This document shows positions 1-8,823 of a stretch of 30,710 nt of DNA, piece after piece. Source of the stretch: a virus (taxonomy: Duplodnaviria; Heunggongvirae; Uroviricota; Caudoviricetes); IMG/VR virus record IMGVR_UViG_2529293040_000025, positions 1 to 30,710 of that record; one strand, written 5' to 3'. How positions within the stretch are numbered: the first letter of the stretch is position 1; each line of letters begins with the position of its first letter. A program made the position numbers and the translations under genes. A model generated the notes under the pieces. It saw only the letters and a list, made by a program, of their open reading frames with translations. It was not told the origin of the DNA and ran no database searches.

Positions 1-420
1 ATGACGGATTATCAGCCATACAGGAAAGGAACTGTGCTTGCCCCAACTGGACCATGCAATCATCTTCATGTGATTTGTAATGATCCTGTTTATTACCCCG
101 TTAACGATTGTTATTGTGTTTTAGTTGTTAATATTTCTAGTATCAAGGATGGTGTCCCCCACGATCCGTCTTGCGTCTTGAATTCTGGTGATCATCGCTT
201 TATCAAGCATCCAAGTTATGTTGTTTACGCTGAAGCTATAATTTGGCGAGTGGATAACATGGTTAGAAAGCAGCGATCGGGTGAGATTTCTGTTCATGAT
301 GATATGCCAGAAGCTACATTCAATAGAATTCTGGACGGTTTTGATATCTCTGATGAAGTTACGCCAAAGAACCTTAAATTTAAAAATAAATATTGCGTAT
401 CATCTATTGATGATGAGTAA
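1..420 (+). CDS. hypothetical protein, Cys/His-rich, AT-rich gene; may be 5'-truncated by the window edge
   Basis: ORF-track ORF of 139 aa. Markedly AT-rich compared with the rest of the window. Convergent to the early-left operon. No family recognised. Confidence 0.4.
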   Translation: MTDYQPYRKGTVLAPTGPCNHLHVICNDPVYYPVNDCYCVLVVNISSIKDGVPHDPSCVLNSGDHRFIKHPSYVVYAEAIIWRVDNMVRKQRSGEISVHDDMPEATFNRILDGFDISDEVTPKNLKFKNKYCVSSIDDE

Positions 421-459
421 ACAACAGGAATTGTTTCGGTATAACTTCTGGAGTTTTCT

Positions 460-633
460 ATGGAAGATCAAAAAGCAACCAAGCCACAGGTTAAGTTCGA
501 CACAATGAAAGCATTCGTAGGTATGGGTGCTGCTGTTGAAGTTCTGATGAAGGCTGCTCCTAATGCGTTCACTCACGCTACTGTCTCTGGTAAAGAGCAG
601 CAGGGTAAGCTTCGTCGTCTCAAAGCAGCATGA
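460..633 (+). CDS. small hypothetical protein (57 aa)
   Basis: ATG at 460 preceded by GGAG with about 6-nt spacing; ends TGA at 631-633 just before a hairpin terminator. Below the ORF-track size cutoff. Translation MEDQKATKPQVKFDTMKAFVGMGAAVEVLMKAAPNAFTHATVSGKEQQGKLRRLKAA. Confidence 0.3.
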   Translation: MEDQKATKPQVKFDTMKAFVGMGAAVEVLMKAAPNAFTHATVSGKEQQGKLRRLKAA

Positions 634-652
634 TCATAGCTGGTGCTTTTTG

Positions 653-678
653 AAAACCCGCCTTCAGGCGGGTTTTTT
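653..678. terminator. bidirectional rho-independent terminator between convergent genes
   Basis: GC stem CCCGCC / GGCGGG with loop TTCA, preceded by AAAA and followed by TTTTTT, so it can terminate both strands. Confidence 0.6.
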
Positions 679-680
679 CT

Positions 681-962
681 TTAGTGATTTTCTTTGCCCT
701 TCTGTTTGACTGTTCTGACCTGTTCCCACTCGATACGTCCTTCTTCTCGCCTTTTGTCTATGTATTCCGCAAGATCCTGAATATTGATGCAACGTTTTGC
801 TTTTTGTGATGTGCCGATGCGATATGTTGGAACGGGCAACTTACAAGCGTTTGCTTTTGCTTCTGCCGTGGCTGGACTCATACCAAAGTACTTTTGGCTA
901 ACTGCTGAGAGTTCAATGTTTGGGGTATTGAATTCAGCCATCAGTAAAAACAAGGTGTTCAT
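681..962 (-). CDS. PrtN-family (pyocin activator-like) small DNA-binding protein
   Basis: Translation MNTLFLLMAEFNTP...LPVPTYRIGTSQKA...DLAEYIDKRR resembles the PrtN family as recalled. Start chosen at the internal ATG with GGAG 6 nt upstream; the ORF-track ORF extends to 989. Confidence 0.55.
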   Translation of the reverse strand: MNTLFLLMAEFNTPNIELSAVSQKYFGMSPATAEAKANACKLPVPTYRIGTSQKAKRCINIQDLAEYIDKRREEGRIEWEQVRTVKQKGKENH

Positions 963-998
963 AATTTTCTCCATCAAAACCGGCTGCACCCGGGAAAA

Positions 999-1574
999 TC
1001 ATAATTCTGTGCTGGTGGCAGGAATTAATTTCTGCCAGATAGCGGAAACATATTTTGCCTGATGACGGGCATCAGCCAGGGCGTTGTGCCGTTCGCCATC
1101 GAAAGGCATGTCCATTTTGGGGTCGAATCCGATGGAACGCCCAAGCGTAACGATCGTGCGTACATCGTGGTCATTCCAGTACGCCCACGGGCAGATTTGT
1201 CCTGCTCGCTCGTAAGCTCCACGTAAAATTACGTTGTCGAAGGTGGCCCCGTTACCCCAGACTTTTAAATATTTCGTATTGTCTGCGTGCCGGTTAATGA
1301 AATGGTTTAGTTCTGAGAGAGCATCGCTGATCGACAAAGTATCATCAATACAGATTGCAGCTCGCGCTTCAGGGCTTTGTTTCAACCACCACAGGATGGT
1401 ATCGCCGTCAGGTGTAGCTCCTTGCTTCATAGCACTGTCTAGGCTGACAACCGCATAGAATTCTTGTCCGATGTCTCCGGTTTCTGGAGTGAAGAACACC
1501 GCGCCAATGGAAACGATCGGTGCATCCTTATTTTTCCCCATCGTCTCAAGGTCGATCATTAAGTTGTTCATCAC
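999..1574 (-). CDS. DnaQ-like 3'-5' exonuclease (Rv2179c-like / DEDD family)
   Basis: N-terminal MIDLETMGKNKDAPIVSIGAVFF motif typical of phage DEDD exonucleases; 4-nt overlap with the next gene suggests translational coupling. Confidence 0.6.
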   Translation of the reverse strand: MMNNLMIDLETMGKNKDAPIVSIGAVFFTPETGDIGQEFYAVVSLDSAMKQGATPDGDTILWWLKQSPEARAAICIDDTLSISDALSELNHFINRHADNTKYLKVWGNGATFDNVILRGAYERAGQICPWAYWNDHDVRTIVTLGRSIGFDPKMDMPFDGERHNALADARHQAKYVSAIWQKLIPATSTEL

Positions 1575-2215
1575 TTCACCTCCTGCGGCGGTTCCGGTAG
1601 CGGCATCCAGTGAGTTGCTTGCTCAATACCATTACCCGGCTTAATCGTTGCATCTCCGCGCCGAAAGGTGCTTCCGGTATAGCGTGCGGAGCATATTAGC
1701 GGTTCAACCAGAGAGCTATCGAAATTCACCGAAATAAGCACGTTCTGGCCCTTTTCAGGCATTCGATCACTACAGCTTATCCAACCATCCGGAGTTACCG
1801 GAGAGTTGCCGGGTTCTTTAATGTGCAAGCGAGGCTCACCATCTTTTGGTTCAGGCCACTGGCGCTTCATGTTGATCTTCAATTTATCTTCCATAGCAGC
1901 GGTAATTTCAGCATCGCTGATGCCAGCACGGCGCTGTGCATCCCACAACAGAAACTGCATATCAGCCCACTCGCCAAGATCGTCTGGTTCGGCTGCGGCT
2001 TCCAGTGCCTCTTTTGAGAGATGTTTCAGCGGACCAATGGGGCCAACGCAGCCAAATGTGGAGTCAGACCATTTGGCATGCTCGTGGCGAATCTGTTCGC
2101 GTTCCAGTGATGCCAGTGCAATTCGTGCCAGTTCCATTTGTTCGCCACGAGTAAGTCCGTTATCAAGCGGATTTTTAATGAATAATTTGATACGTTCTTT
2201 GGTTATAGCGCTCAT
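1571..2215 (-). CDS. DUF551 domain protein with an N-terminal nucleotide-pyrophosphohydrolase-like region
   Basis: C-terminal GWISCSDRMPEKGQNVLISV...ATHWMPLPEPP pattern matches DUF551 as recalled. Sits in the operon with coupled neighbours. Confidence 0.5.
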   Translation of the reverse strand: MSAITKERIKLFIKNPLDNGLTRGEQMELARIALASLEREQIRHEHAKWSDSTFGCVGPIGPLKHLSKEALEAAAEPDDLGEWADMQFLLWDAQRRAGISDAEITAAMEDKLKINMKRQWPEPKDGEPRLHIKEPGNSPVTPDGWISCSDRMPEKGQNVLISVNFDSSLVEPLICSARYTGSTFRRGDATIKPGNGIEQATHWMPLPEPPQEVK

Positions 2216-2216
2216 A

Positions 2217-2897
2217 TCACTCTCCTTTGATGCGAATGCCAGCGGCGCGGATTGCAGCGATGACTTCAGAAACTTTGTATGCCATTACCGTTTGGTAATC
2301 ATCGTGATAATCTGTTCGATGAAGCATGCTGCTACGTTCCGGGAGCGATATTTCCCGAGCATCCAGTTCCTTAACGCGTTCCTCCAGTTCGTAGACCCTG
2401 CATTGTTCTCTATCATCAATCAGATATAACCCAAGACATTCGCTTTCTACCCAACCGCCAAAATCATGATCGTAACGCTCACATGAAAACTCACCGTCAC
2501 CGTCCTTTGTTGGAATGGTGTAACTATCTAATGGGCCACCATATGTCGGCACATTCCCCAATGTTGGATGCTCAATCCACATGAAAAATGCACGTCCGGT
2601 TATTGGGCAAATATCTGGCCGCCATTGGTTACGAACAGCCTTGGTTTCGGATAATTCTTCAGCGTGTTGTTTTACTTCCTCAAGCTCAACTCTCAGCTTC
2701 CCAACCGTAAGAGCAATATCCTCGTTCTCCTGGTCGCGGCGTTTGATGTATTGCTGGTTTCTTTCCCGTTCATCCAGCAGTTCCAGCACAATCGATGGTG
2801 TTACCAGCTCATGGAAAAGGTCCGCGTCAAATCCCCAGTCGTCATGCATTTCCTGCTCTGCCGCCTCACGCAGTGCCTGGTAATTAATTTCGCTCAC
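2217..2897 (-). CDS. Ead/Ea22-like protein
   Basis: Acidic coiled-coil-rich phage early protein; position and composition fit the lambdoid Ea22 family. Recalled similarity only. Confidence 0.45.
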   Translation of the reverse strand: MSEINYQALREAAEQEMHDDWGFDADLFHELVTPSIVLELLDERERNQQYIKRRDQENEDIALTVGKLRVELEEVKQHAEELSETKAVRNQWRPDICPITGRAFFMWIEHPTLGNVPTYGGPLDSYTIPTKDGDGEFSCERYDHDFGGWVESECLGLYLIDDREQCRVYELEERVKELDAREISLPERSSMLHRTDYHDDYQTVMAYKVSEVIAAIRAAGIRIKGE

Positions 2898-3532
2898 TGG
2901 TTGCCTCCTTTGCGAAGCTCAGCGGCGAAGGCTACTGCGTGATCATGATGTTCAAGCGTGTATGCACACTCCGCAAACATCTCCACGCCCTGCGCCCGGA
3001 CTTCAGCCAGGAAAGCATCGGTGGCTGGCGTTTCCCGTGAACGGTAAGACCAAACAATGTCGTCTGTTTCACTGGGTTCTTCATGAGAGCAATTTGGGCA
3101 GACAGCAGTACAACCAGCATGATCTTCTATGAGCATCTTCAGCCACGAGTTCTCCTCCGCCAGCGTCACGCGACTGGCCTCCAGTTCTGCTACGCGCTGT
3201 TTTGCAGCATCCAGTTCAATCGACAATTTTTCCAACTGCTCTTTATGCTTTTTATATTCCTGATATGCGTGCCAAGACTGACCTTTGCGCACACTATCAG
3301 TGATATCAGCAACCTGCTCTGGTGTTAGCGTGGTCAGTGGCTGTGCTGGGAAAATAAGCACTTTCCCGGAATCCCAATCAAAACCAGCATGAATTGACTG
3401 AACCTCAACTGAAGGTGTTGAACCAATGCTGCCAGGCGAATGAACAACGATCGTTACATCCATATCGCGACGATGGCTGTGGTTGTTGGACAAAATACGA
3501 TTCACCAACTCAGAAAATTTGGAGAATTTCAT
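2894..3532 (-). CDS. Ead/Ea22-like protein (second paralogue)
   Basis: Coiled-coil central region (KEQLEKLSIELDAAKQRVAELEASR) and Cys-containing C-terminus; 4-nt overlap with the upstream gene. Confidence 0.45.
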   Translation of the reverse strand: MKFSKFSELVNRILSNNHSHRRDMDVTIVVHSPGSIGSTPSVEVQSIHAGFDWDSGKVLIFPAQPLTTLTPEQVADITDSVRKGQSWHAYQEYKKHKEQLEKLSIELDAAKQRVAELEASRVTLAEENSWLKMLIEDHAGCTAVCPNCSHEEPSETDDIVWSYRSRETPATDAFLAEVRAQGVEMFAECAYTLEHHDHAVAFAAELRKGGNQ

Positions 3533-3540
3533 GCGGAGCC

Positions 3541-3951
3541 TCAGTATGTAAAATAGACAGTTGCCACGCCGTTATAGTGATCAAACGATACGGCATTTAC
3601 TTCGTAGCTGGCAGGGAGCTTCGATCCGAGAACGTATCCGGGCCACGTTTTCCATGGAATTTCTCTGCGCTCACTATCGCCATATACCGTACATCCCAGA
3701 GAGCCTACAGCTTCATTAGAACGCGTGCCGCACGTTATGAATCCCAGATTTTGCTTACTGCTCTTAATGGTGATTGGGTGAACGCTGGCTGATGCATTAG
3801 CAGCACGCTGTGCCTGTTGGTTTGCGATATTCGCAGAGTTCGCAGCAGCTACAGCAGCCGTAGTCGCGGCGGTAGAGGCTACAATAGCTGCTGAAGCATG
3901 CACTTGTTGGATATTCACCAACAATGCCGCGACAAAAATCATCTTCTTCAC
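3541..3951 (-). CDS. hypothetical secreted protein (N-terminal signal peptide)
   Basis: MKKMIFVAALLVNIQQVHASAA looks like a Sec signal peptide; Ala/Thr-rich linker follows. 4-nt overlap with the upstream gene. Confidence 0.5.
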   Translation of the reverse strand: MKKMIFVAALLVNIQQVHASAAIVASTAATTAAVAAANSANIANQQAQRAANASASVHPITIKSSKQNLGFITCGTRSNEAVGSLGCTVYGDSERREIPWKTWPGYVLGSKLPASYEVNAVSFDHYNGVATVYFTY

Positions 3952-4298
3952 TTGTCAGCTCCTTTGCGAATCTGTTCCGCCCATTCTTCAAGGGATTTCT
4001 CCGCATATTCACCGGACAGGCCATCAATCGGGTACGGTTCATTAGCCAACTCTTCTTTCGCTGACAGAATCATGCGTGTAACGTCGAAAACTTCACGCAA
4101 AGACTTATTGATAAATCCGTGATTGAAAGCAGCAGCAAGACGGCTTGCGGTATAGTTAATACCCTCGTTGCGAGCCTCAGCACGTACTTCATCGAATTTA
4201 CGCACCAGATACTCAGCATTTGTTTCATTCACTTTCAGATCTCGCGGTACACATTTCCCGCGAAGAAACCCTTCCATTTCGAAAACATTCATGCGCAT
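3948..4298 (-). CDS. hypothetical protein (YfdS-like position)
   Basis: 116-aa ORF coupled to its neighbours; it occupies the place of yfdS in the yfdP-yfdQ-yfdR-yfdS order of the K-12 CPS-53 prophage as recalled. Confidence 0.45.
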   Translation of the reverse strand: MRMNVFEMEGFLRGKCVPRDLKVNETNAEYLVRKFDEVRAEARNEGINYTASRLAAAFNHGFINKSLREVFDVTRMILSAKEELANEPYPIDGLSGEYAEKSLEEWAEQIRKGADK

Positions 4299-4825
4299 TT
4301 GCGTAACTCCGATAACTCGTTAAAACGTTCCATAAACATCCCATAGGCATGGCCTGGCGACAGTGGAATAACTTTGAACATCTCTGTTGCCGGGATACCT
4401 TCCAGTACAGGCCAGAAAGAGCCATCATCAAGCCCGAGATCGCGGCGTTCGGTTGCCAGCATAATGAGATCGGCATATTTCACTGGCGTGCTCATAACAG
4501 GAGGTAACCCGTATTTCTCACGGATTACGGCGTCTATTTTTTCTTCCATCTGTTTATAGTCAGGAAGAAGGCGTTTCAGTGGCGCGGGGATGTCCTGACA
4601 ATACGCTTCTGTTGCATCATGCATTAACGCTTCAAAAGCAAACTCCTCCGGAACCAGTTTGCTGCAAAGCACCGCATGTTGGGCGACGCTGTAGAAGTGT
4701 GAAAGATGCCCTGCAAAGCGACAGATATTTGAGAGGGAAACTGCGATATCGTTAATCACGATGTCGTCTTTATTTATCCTGTCATAATAAAAATGCTTCC
4801 CGGAAAAAGTTTTAATAAATGACAT
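4289..4825 (-). CDS. yfdR: HD-domain phosphohydrolase / 5'-deoxynucleotidase (YfdR-like)
   Basis: HD-type motifs (HLSHFYSVAQHA, HDATEAY) visible in the translation. Start set at MSFIKT with GGAG upstream; the ORF-track ORF extends to 4852. Confidence 0.65.
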   Translation of the reverse strand: MSFIKTFSGKHFYYDRINKDDIVINDIAVSLSNICRFAGHLSHFYSVAQHAVLCSKLVPEEFAFEALMHDATEAYCQDIPAPLKRLLPDYKQMEEKIDAVIREKYGLPPVMSTPVKYADLIMLATERRDLGLDDGSFWPVLEGIPATEMFKVIPLSPGHAYGMFMERFNELSELRKCA

Positions 4826-4952
4826 TTTGTTCTCCACGTATATGCGCTGCACCGCGCTGAATTCTGGTAAAAGGAAGCCCTCACCATCCGGTGATTATTG
4901 AGTTAATTACGTTTCCATAAATGCCCCCGCAGGGGCATTTGCAGTAATGAAA

Positions 4953-5777
4953 TCAGGCGGTGAAAGTACCAATAAAGGTTTCGACTTTGCTGTCTTTGAA
5001 TTTCTCAACAAGCAGATCACGAAATTCGTTAGCCATTTCTTCCTGCACTGCTTCCAGCTGAATAATGCGCAGAACCAGTACAGGGCGATCACCAGTGATA
5101 ATGCTGAGTCGTAATTTAAATGGACGTTCTTTCAGGCCTTCAAACGGAACGCATTTAAATTCAAATGCCACTGGCATAATGTCTTTGGTCTTCGCTTCGA
5201 CAGACTCCATCAGGGAGCGTTTGCCGCTGAAGTCATTGTCTTCAAAATCAGCAGTCTGGTTCGCTTCAATTGTGATTTTACGGACTGCCGCAGCCGCTTT
5301 TGTTGCCTGAATGGCGTCACCATTAGCATCAAAGCCCACAAGGTAGTCGGCCCAGTCTTCAATCCATTCTGCCAGTGACTTCTGGGAGTTACGCTCGCCG
5401 TTAACAGACAACAGAGCAGAGAACGGTGCTGTCTTTTTCAGTTTGAGGGTGGCGGTGTTATCTGCGTGACCTGGTTCATCAATAGTACCCAGGTTAAGCA
5501 CACTGACGGCTCGCATATTATCGGCATCGATAAAGCAGCGGGTGCCTTCATCTGCAAGATCTTTAGAATAACGGGTAAAGTCATCGATGCTGGCAGTGGA
5601 AAGCGCACCACGGAAACGGAAGCGATTTAAATTAAATTTTTCCAGATCATGAATGCGGAAATTCTCAGGCAATGCCACAGCATCGGCACCAATCTTACTG
5701 ATAATTTCATTAACACCCTGAGCAGAAATAAGGGCATGGATTTGATTAATTGCGGTTGCGTCTAAGTTCTGAGACAT
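4953..5777 (-). CDS. yfdQ: DUF2303 family protein (YfdQ-like)
   Basis: 274 aa, the length recalled for E. coli YfdQ; it sits directly upstream of the YfdR-like gene as in CPS-53. Confidence 0.6.
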   Translation of the reverse strand: MSQNLDATAINQIHALISAQGVNEIISKIGADAVALPENFRIHDLEKFNLNRFRFRGALSTASIDDFTRYSKDLADEGTRCFIDADNMRAVSVLNLGTIDEPGHADNTATLKLKKTAPFSALLSVNGERNSQKSLAEWIEDWADYLVGFDANGDAIQATKAAAAVRKITIEANQTADFEDNDFSGKRSLMESVEAKTKDIMPVAFEFKCVPFEGLKERPFKLRLSIITGDRPVLVLRIIQLEAVQEEMANEFRDLLVEKFKDSKVETFIGTFTA

Positions 5778-5842
5778 AATAAGTCCTCACTATATAAAGA
5801 TATTCAGTGATGAGATAAATAATCAGTTAATTAAGAACGATA

Positions 5843-6205
5843 TTAATGACCTGCTGCGCGTAGTTTTCCGTCAGGTTCACCGGCAAGAGTCAGTAATTGT
5901 CCCTGGTCTTCCTGCAGAATAGTCAGGCGACCACCGCGATTGACATACATCGGTGTTTCGGTGGTGTCTTCTTCGGAAATTTTCCCGCGGTTAGTCGGGC
6001 GAACATATGAGAGTTTGTGTTTGATTTTCACACGGTTCTCATCAAATGGTTCGATTTCCAGGTTGAGCGAGACCTTACCTTTGGTTTTCGTGTTCATCAC
6101 ACCGGAAGCGACTTCACTGAGAGCTGCGCCGATTTTGGTTTCAAATACGCCGCCGTCCAGCTCCCCGATAAATGCCTGCACATCAGTACTGCGTTCGCTA
6201 GCCAT
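5843..6205 (-). CDS. hypothetical protein (YfdP-like), first gene of the leftward operon
   Basis: Start set at MASERSTD (ATG at 6203-6205) with AGGAG upstream. The long N-terminal extension of the ORF-track ORF (to 6391) looks non-coding. Confidence 0.5.
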   Translation of the reverse strand: MASERSTDVQAFIGELDGGVFETKIGAALSEVASGVMNTKTKGKVSLNLEIEPFDENRVKIKHKLSYVRPTNRGKISEEDTTETPMYVNRGGRLTILQEDQGQLLTLAGEPDGKLRAAGH

Positions 6206-6546
6206 TTTGCTGCTCCTCATCATATCGACCCTGCAAGGTCGGTTAGTTTCTCCACAAAACAGAGAAGAACACCTGCGGTGGCAGCCGCCCGGATGGATTG
6301 GGTTATGAGCCCGTCGTCCGGTGATGTTCTTCTCTGTTTTGTAAAAAGAGCGGTACCAGCCGGAAGCAAGTGTACAAACTGGTACCGCCAAAGCAGTGGC
6401 TGTTGTGGTGACCGGTGCTGATCTCCGGCTTGCGGTTATTTCAGACTCTCACGGGCGTTTAATTGCCCCGCCGAACAGCTCTTTTCCGCAATAGCTGCAA
6501 TGTCTTTCGCGCATCAGCCTGCGCATTCACCACAACTCTAAAAACA

Positions 6547-6599
6547 AATGTAGGATATCCAACATGCGAGTGTCAAGAGTTTATGTTGGTTATCCTACA
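6547..6599 (-). promoter_or_regulatory. leftward early promoter (PL-like) with two 16-bp palindromic operators
   Basis: On the minus strand, TTGACA (plus 6571-6576), 18-nt spacer, TACATT (plus 6547-6552). Operators TGTAGGATATCCAACA (6549-6564) and TGTTGGTTATCCTACA (6584-6599) share half-sites with the right operators. Confidence 0.55.
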
Positions 6600-6616
6600 T
6601 AAAAAGATAGGCTCAT

Positions 6617-6642
6617 AAAAAAACCGGGGATACCCCGGTTTT
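6617..6642 (-). terminator. rho-independent terminator downstream of the repressor gene
   Basis: CCGGGG-ATA-CCCCGG hairpin followed on the minus strand by a 7-T run, just 3' of the repressor stop at 6663. Confidence 0.65.
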
Positions 6643-6662
6643 GCGATAGTGAGGAAGATGTG

Positions 6663-7316
6663 TCAAAAATCCATTATTACTTGTTTGACAAGACCAACTA
6701 TTCTGCAGTTCTCACCGCATTCAATAGTTTTATAGTTAGGATTTAGTGGGACGAGATACCTGTTCGGCCAGTCCTCAACAAATTTTTTGAGTGTCGCTTC
6801 TTGCCCACCATTGATATGGGCAACAACGATTTTTCCGTTAATACACTCTGTATCAATAATATCTGGCTCTACGATAACGATAGAACCTTCTGGTATCGAT
6901 GGTGAGCCGAGGGGATTGGTCATTGAATCACCACGGACCCGTAGTGCAAATGCCATTTCTGATACAAGGGCGGTAGTATAAACCCACTCTTCAGCATCTT
7001 CTTTCCTGACACCAGGCTCCGTCATTGTCCATGAACCCGCCTGAACCCACGAGATTAGGGGGACTTTTTTAACTGCGAATATTTCAGGTTTTAGATTTAT
7101 CTTTGGTTCAGGCGAGCCTTTTCCGCTAACAAGCCACAGAGGATCGCATTTAAGTGCGTTGGCTAGGGCTTGAAGGTTGGCTCCATTTGGTTGGTAGTCG
7201 TCCTTTTCCCATCCAGTAACCGTGACACGGTTCACACCAGTCAAATCAGCCAGTGCTTGTTGTGTCAGGTTCAGTTCTTTTCGCCTTTGGCGAATACGAT
7301 CACTCATGTTCATCAT
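6663..7316 (-). CDS. CI-like prophage repressor (HTH_XRE N-terminus, S24 LexA-like peptidase C-terminus)
   Basis: N-terminal HTH (LTQQALADLTGVNRVTVTGWE) and C-terminal autocleavage domain with the GDSM serine motif and a downstream lysine. Divergent from the Cro-like gene across an operator region. Start could be 7316, 7313 or 7307. Confidence 0.85.
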   Translation of the reverse strand: MMNMSDRIRQRRKELNLTQQALADLTGVNRVTVTGWEKDDYQPNGANLQALANALKCDPLWLVSGKGSPEPKINLKPEIFAVKKVPLISWVQAGSWTMTEPGVRKEDAEEWVYTTALVSEMAFALRVRGDSMTNPLGSPSIPEGSIVIVEPDIIDTECINGKIVVAHINGGQEATLKKFVEDWPNRYLVPLNPNYKTIECGENCRIVGLVKQVIMDF

Positions 7317-7381
7317 GTAGGCAATCCTACCACATGCCCATGTAGGATTCTTGACATTGGCATGTTGGATATCCTACATTT
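7316..7381 (+). promoter_or_regulatory. rightward early promoter (PR-like) with three operator sites
   Basis: TTGACA (7351-7356), 18-nt spacer, TACATT (7375-7380), then GGGAG and the cro ATG at 7412. Operator-like palindromes TGTAGGCAATCCTACC (7316-7331), TGTAGGATTCTTGACA (7341-7356) and TGTTGGATATCCTACA (7363-7378). Confidence 0.55.
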
Positions 7382-7411
7382 CTGCTTAACGTAATTTAAC
7401 GGGAGACAGAA

Positions 7412-7609
7412 ATGCGGAAATCCGACGTGATTAATTATTTCGGCGGAGTTTGTAAAACCGCCGAAGCCCTAGGTATTAAGCATCCGTCTGTTTCAGAGTG
7501 GCCTGAGATTATTCCTGAAGGCCGAGCGTACCAGTTAGAAAAAATTACTAACGGGAAACTGAAAGTTGACGTGTCTTTATATCAAAAGACTAACAGTGCT
7601 GCGGCATAA
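7412..7609 (+). CDS. Cro-like small HTH regulator
   Basis: 65-aa protein immediately downstream of PR/OR and divergent from the repressor; GGGAG RBS. Confidence 0.7.
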   Translation: MRKSDVINYFGGVCKTAEALGIKHPSVSEWPEIIPEGRAYQLEKITNGKLKVDVSLYQKTNSAAA

Positions 7610-7636
7610 AAACACCACAGAAATGAGGAATTAACC

Positions 7637-8221
7637 GTGGGTAAAGAACCTGAATGGAAAGTTGATAAACAACCAGCATGGCTGGTGGCAGCAATACGAA
7701 GAACGATTGCTGATTTACCTCATGGCTATGAGGAAGCAGCAGAAATTCTTGGTTTGTATAAATCTGATGATATCACCCCAGCAAAAGATCAATTGCATAA
7801 CAGACTGCGTAGCGGTGGGGATCAAATTTTTCCACTTGAGTGGGCCATGGTTTTACAGGATGCCAGTGGTACCAGGCATGTAACGGATGCGATAGCGCGT
7901 CGTAGTAATGGGGTGTTTGTGCCGCTGGTGGACATTGATGACATTGACAATGGTGACATTAATCAGCGGCTGATGGAGTCAATAGAATGGATTGGCAAGC
8001 ATTCCCAGTACTTACGCAAGGCAACTGCTGATGGAGTTATTGACCAGGCTGAGCGTGAGCAAATCGAAGAGAACAGCTACCAAGTAATGGCGAAGTGGCA
8101 GGAGCATTTAACACTGTTATTTCGTGTTTTTTGTGCACCGGAAAAGAGTAACGCCCGCGAGTGTGCAGCTCCGGGCGTCGTGGCGTCGATTGCTTCTGGT
8201 TGTGGAGAAACTAACGCATGA
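7637..8221 (+). CDS. CII-like regulatory protein (YmfL / phage 186 CII family)
   Basis: GTG start with GAGGA RBS. Position after cro and length (194 aa) fit the e14 YmfL-type regulators as recalled. ATGA overlap couples it to the next gene. Confidence 0.5.
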   Translation: MGKEPEWKVDKQPAWLVAAIRRTIADLPHGYEEAAEILGLYKSDDITPAKDQLHNRLRSGGDQIFPLEWAMVLQDASGTRHVTDAIARRSNGVFVPLVDIDDIDNGDINQRLMESIEWIGKHSQYLRKATADGVIDQAEREQIEENSYQVMAKWQEHLTLLFRVFCAPEKSNARECAAPGVVASIASGCGETNA

Positions 8222-8546
8222 ACAGTTTAACGGCAAATAACCGTTTGTCGCAACAGCTGGTGGTCAGCGTCGCTGAACACCTGTTGTTACGGCATGAATG
8301 CAGATTACCAAATCACCTGGCTGTAAGTAACCACAGAGAACTTTACCTGACTGTGGGGGGCGAGTTGTGCAGGAACTTAACCGCTGGTTTCGTGACGGAA
8401 GAGGGCTTTATGTCCATGTTATTCGTTGGGAGCCAGAAACACAGCGCGTTATCTATCTTCGCAAAGACTACCCGCATGAGTGCTTTAGTCCTTTGTGGAA
8501 ATTCAGGCGTGATTTTGTTGAGTGTGAAGGACCACCAGCACATTGA
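8218..8546 (+). pseudogene. YmfM-like gene, apparently frameshifted in a G6 run (8355-8360)
   Basis: Frame A from ATG 8218 reads MNSLTANNRL...; a more protein-like frame (VVQELNRWFRDGRGLYVHVIRWEPETQRVIYLRKDYPHECF...) continues from the G-run to a TGA at 8544-8546. One extra G would join them into a ~109-aa protein. The alternative is the single 387-aa ORF reported by the ORF track. Confidence 0.3.
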
Positions 8547-8823
8547 TTCTGCCATTCCGGGACGTTACACTGTTCAGGCACCTTATAAAGCGGGTGCCGG
8601 GATTGGCGTCCTGAAATTGATTACTGAGCATAACCGCGCTCATGCGGTTTTTTCGTGTCATGAGCATTGCTACGCCCAAATTATGGTGGGGCGTACAGGG
8701 CCGACTTCGGTCGGGCCGGGTTCGGTAGTCTCCGGTAACGCCAACCCTGTACGTCTCACCACCTCTGTGATTGGCGTCCCATGTGGTGAGTTTTCTGAAA
8801 AACTGACTACCGGGGCTGTCACC

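Noticed and set aside
4917-4939. Hairpin AATGCCCC-GCA-GGGGCATT between the YfdQ-like and YfdR-like genes as a terminator
   Set aside because: No U-run follows on the transcribed (minus) strand, so it is more likely an mRNA-stabilising or processing hairpin than an intrinsic terminator.
5843-6391. Long N-terminal extension of the first leftward gene
   Set aside because: The extension is Cys/Arg-rich and overlaps the stem-loop leader; an internal ATG with an AGGAG RBS gives a 120-aa protein matching the expected size.
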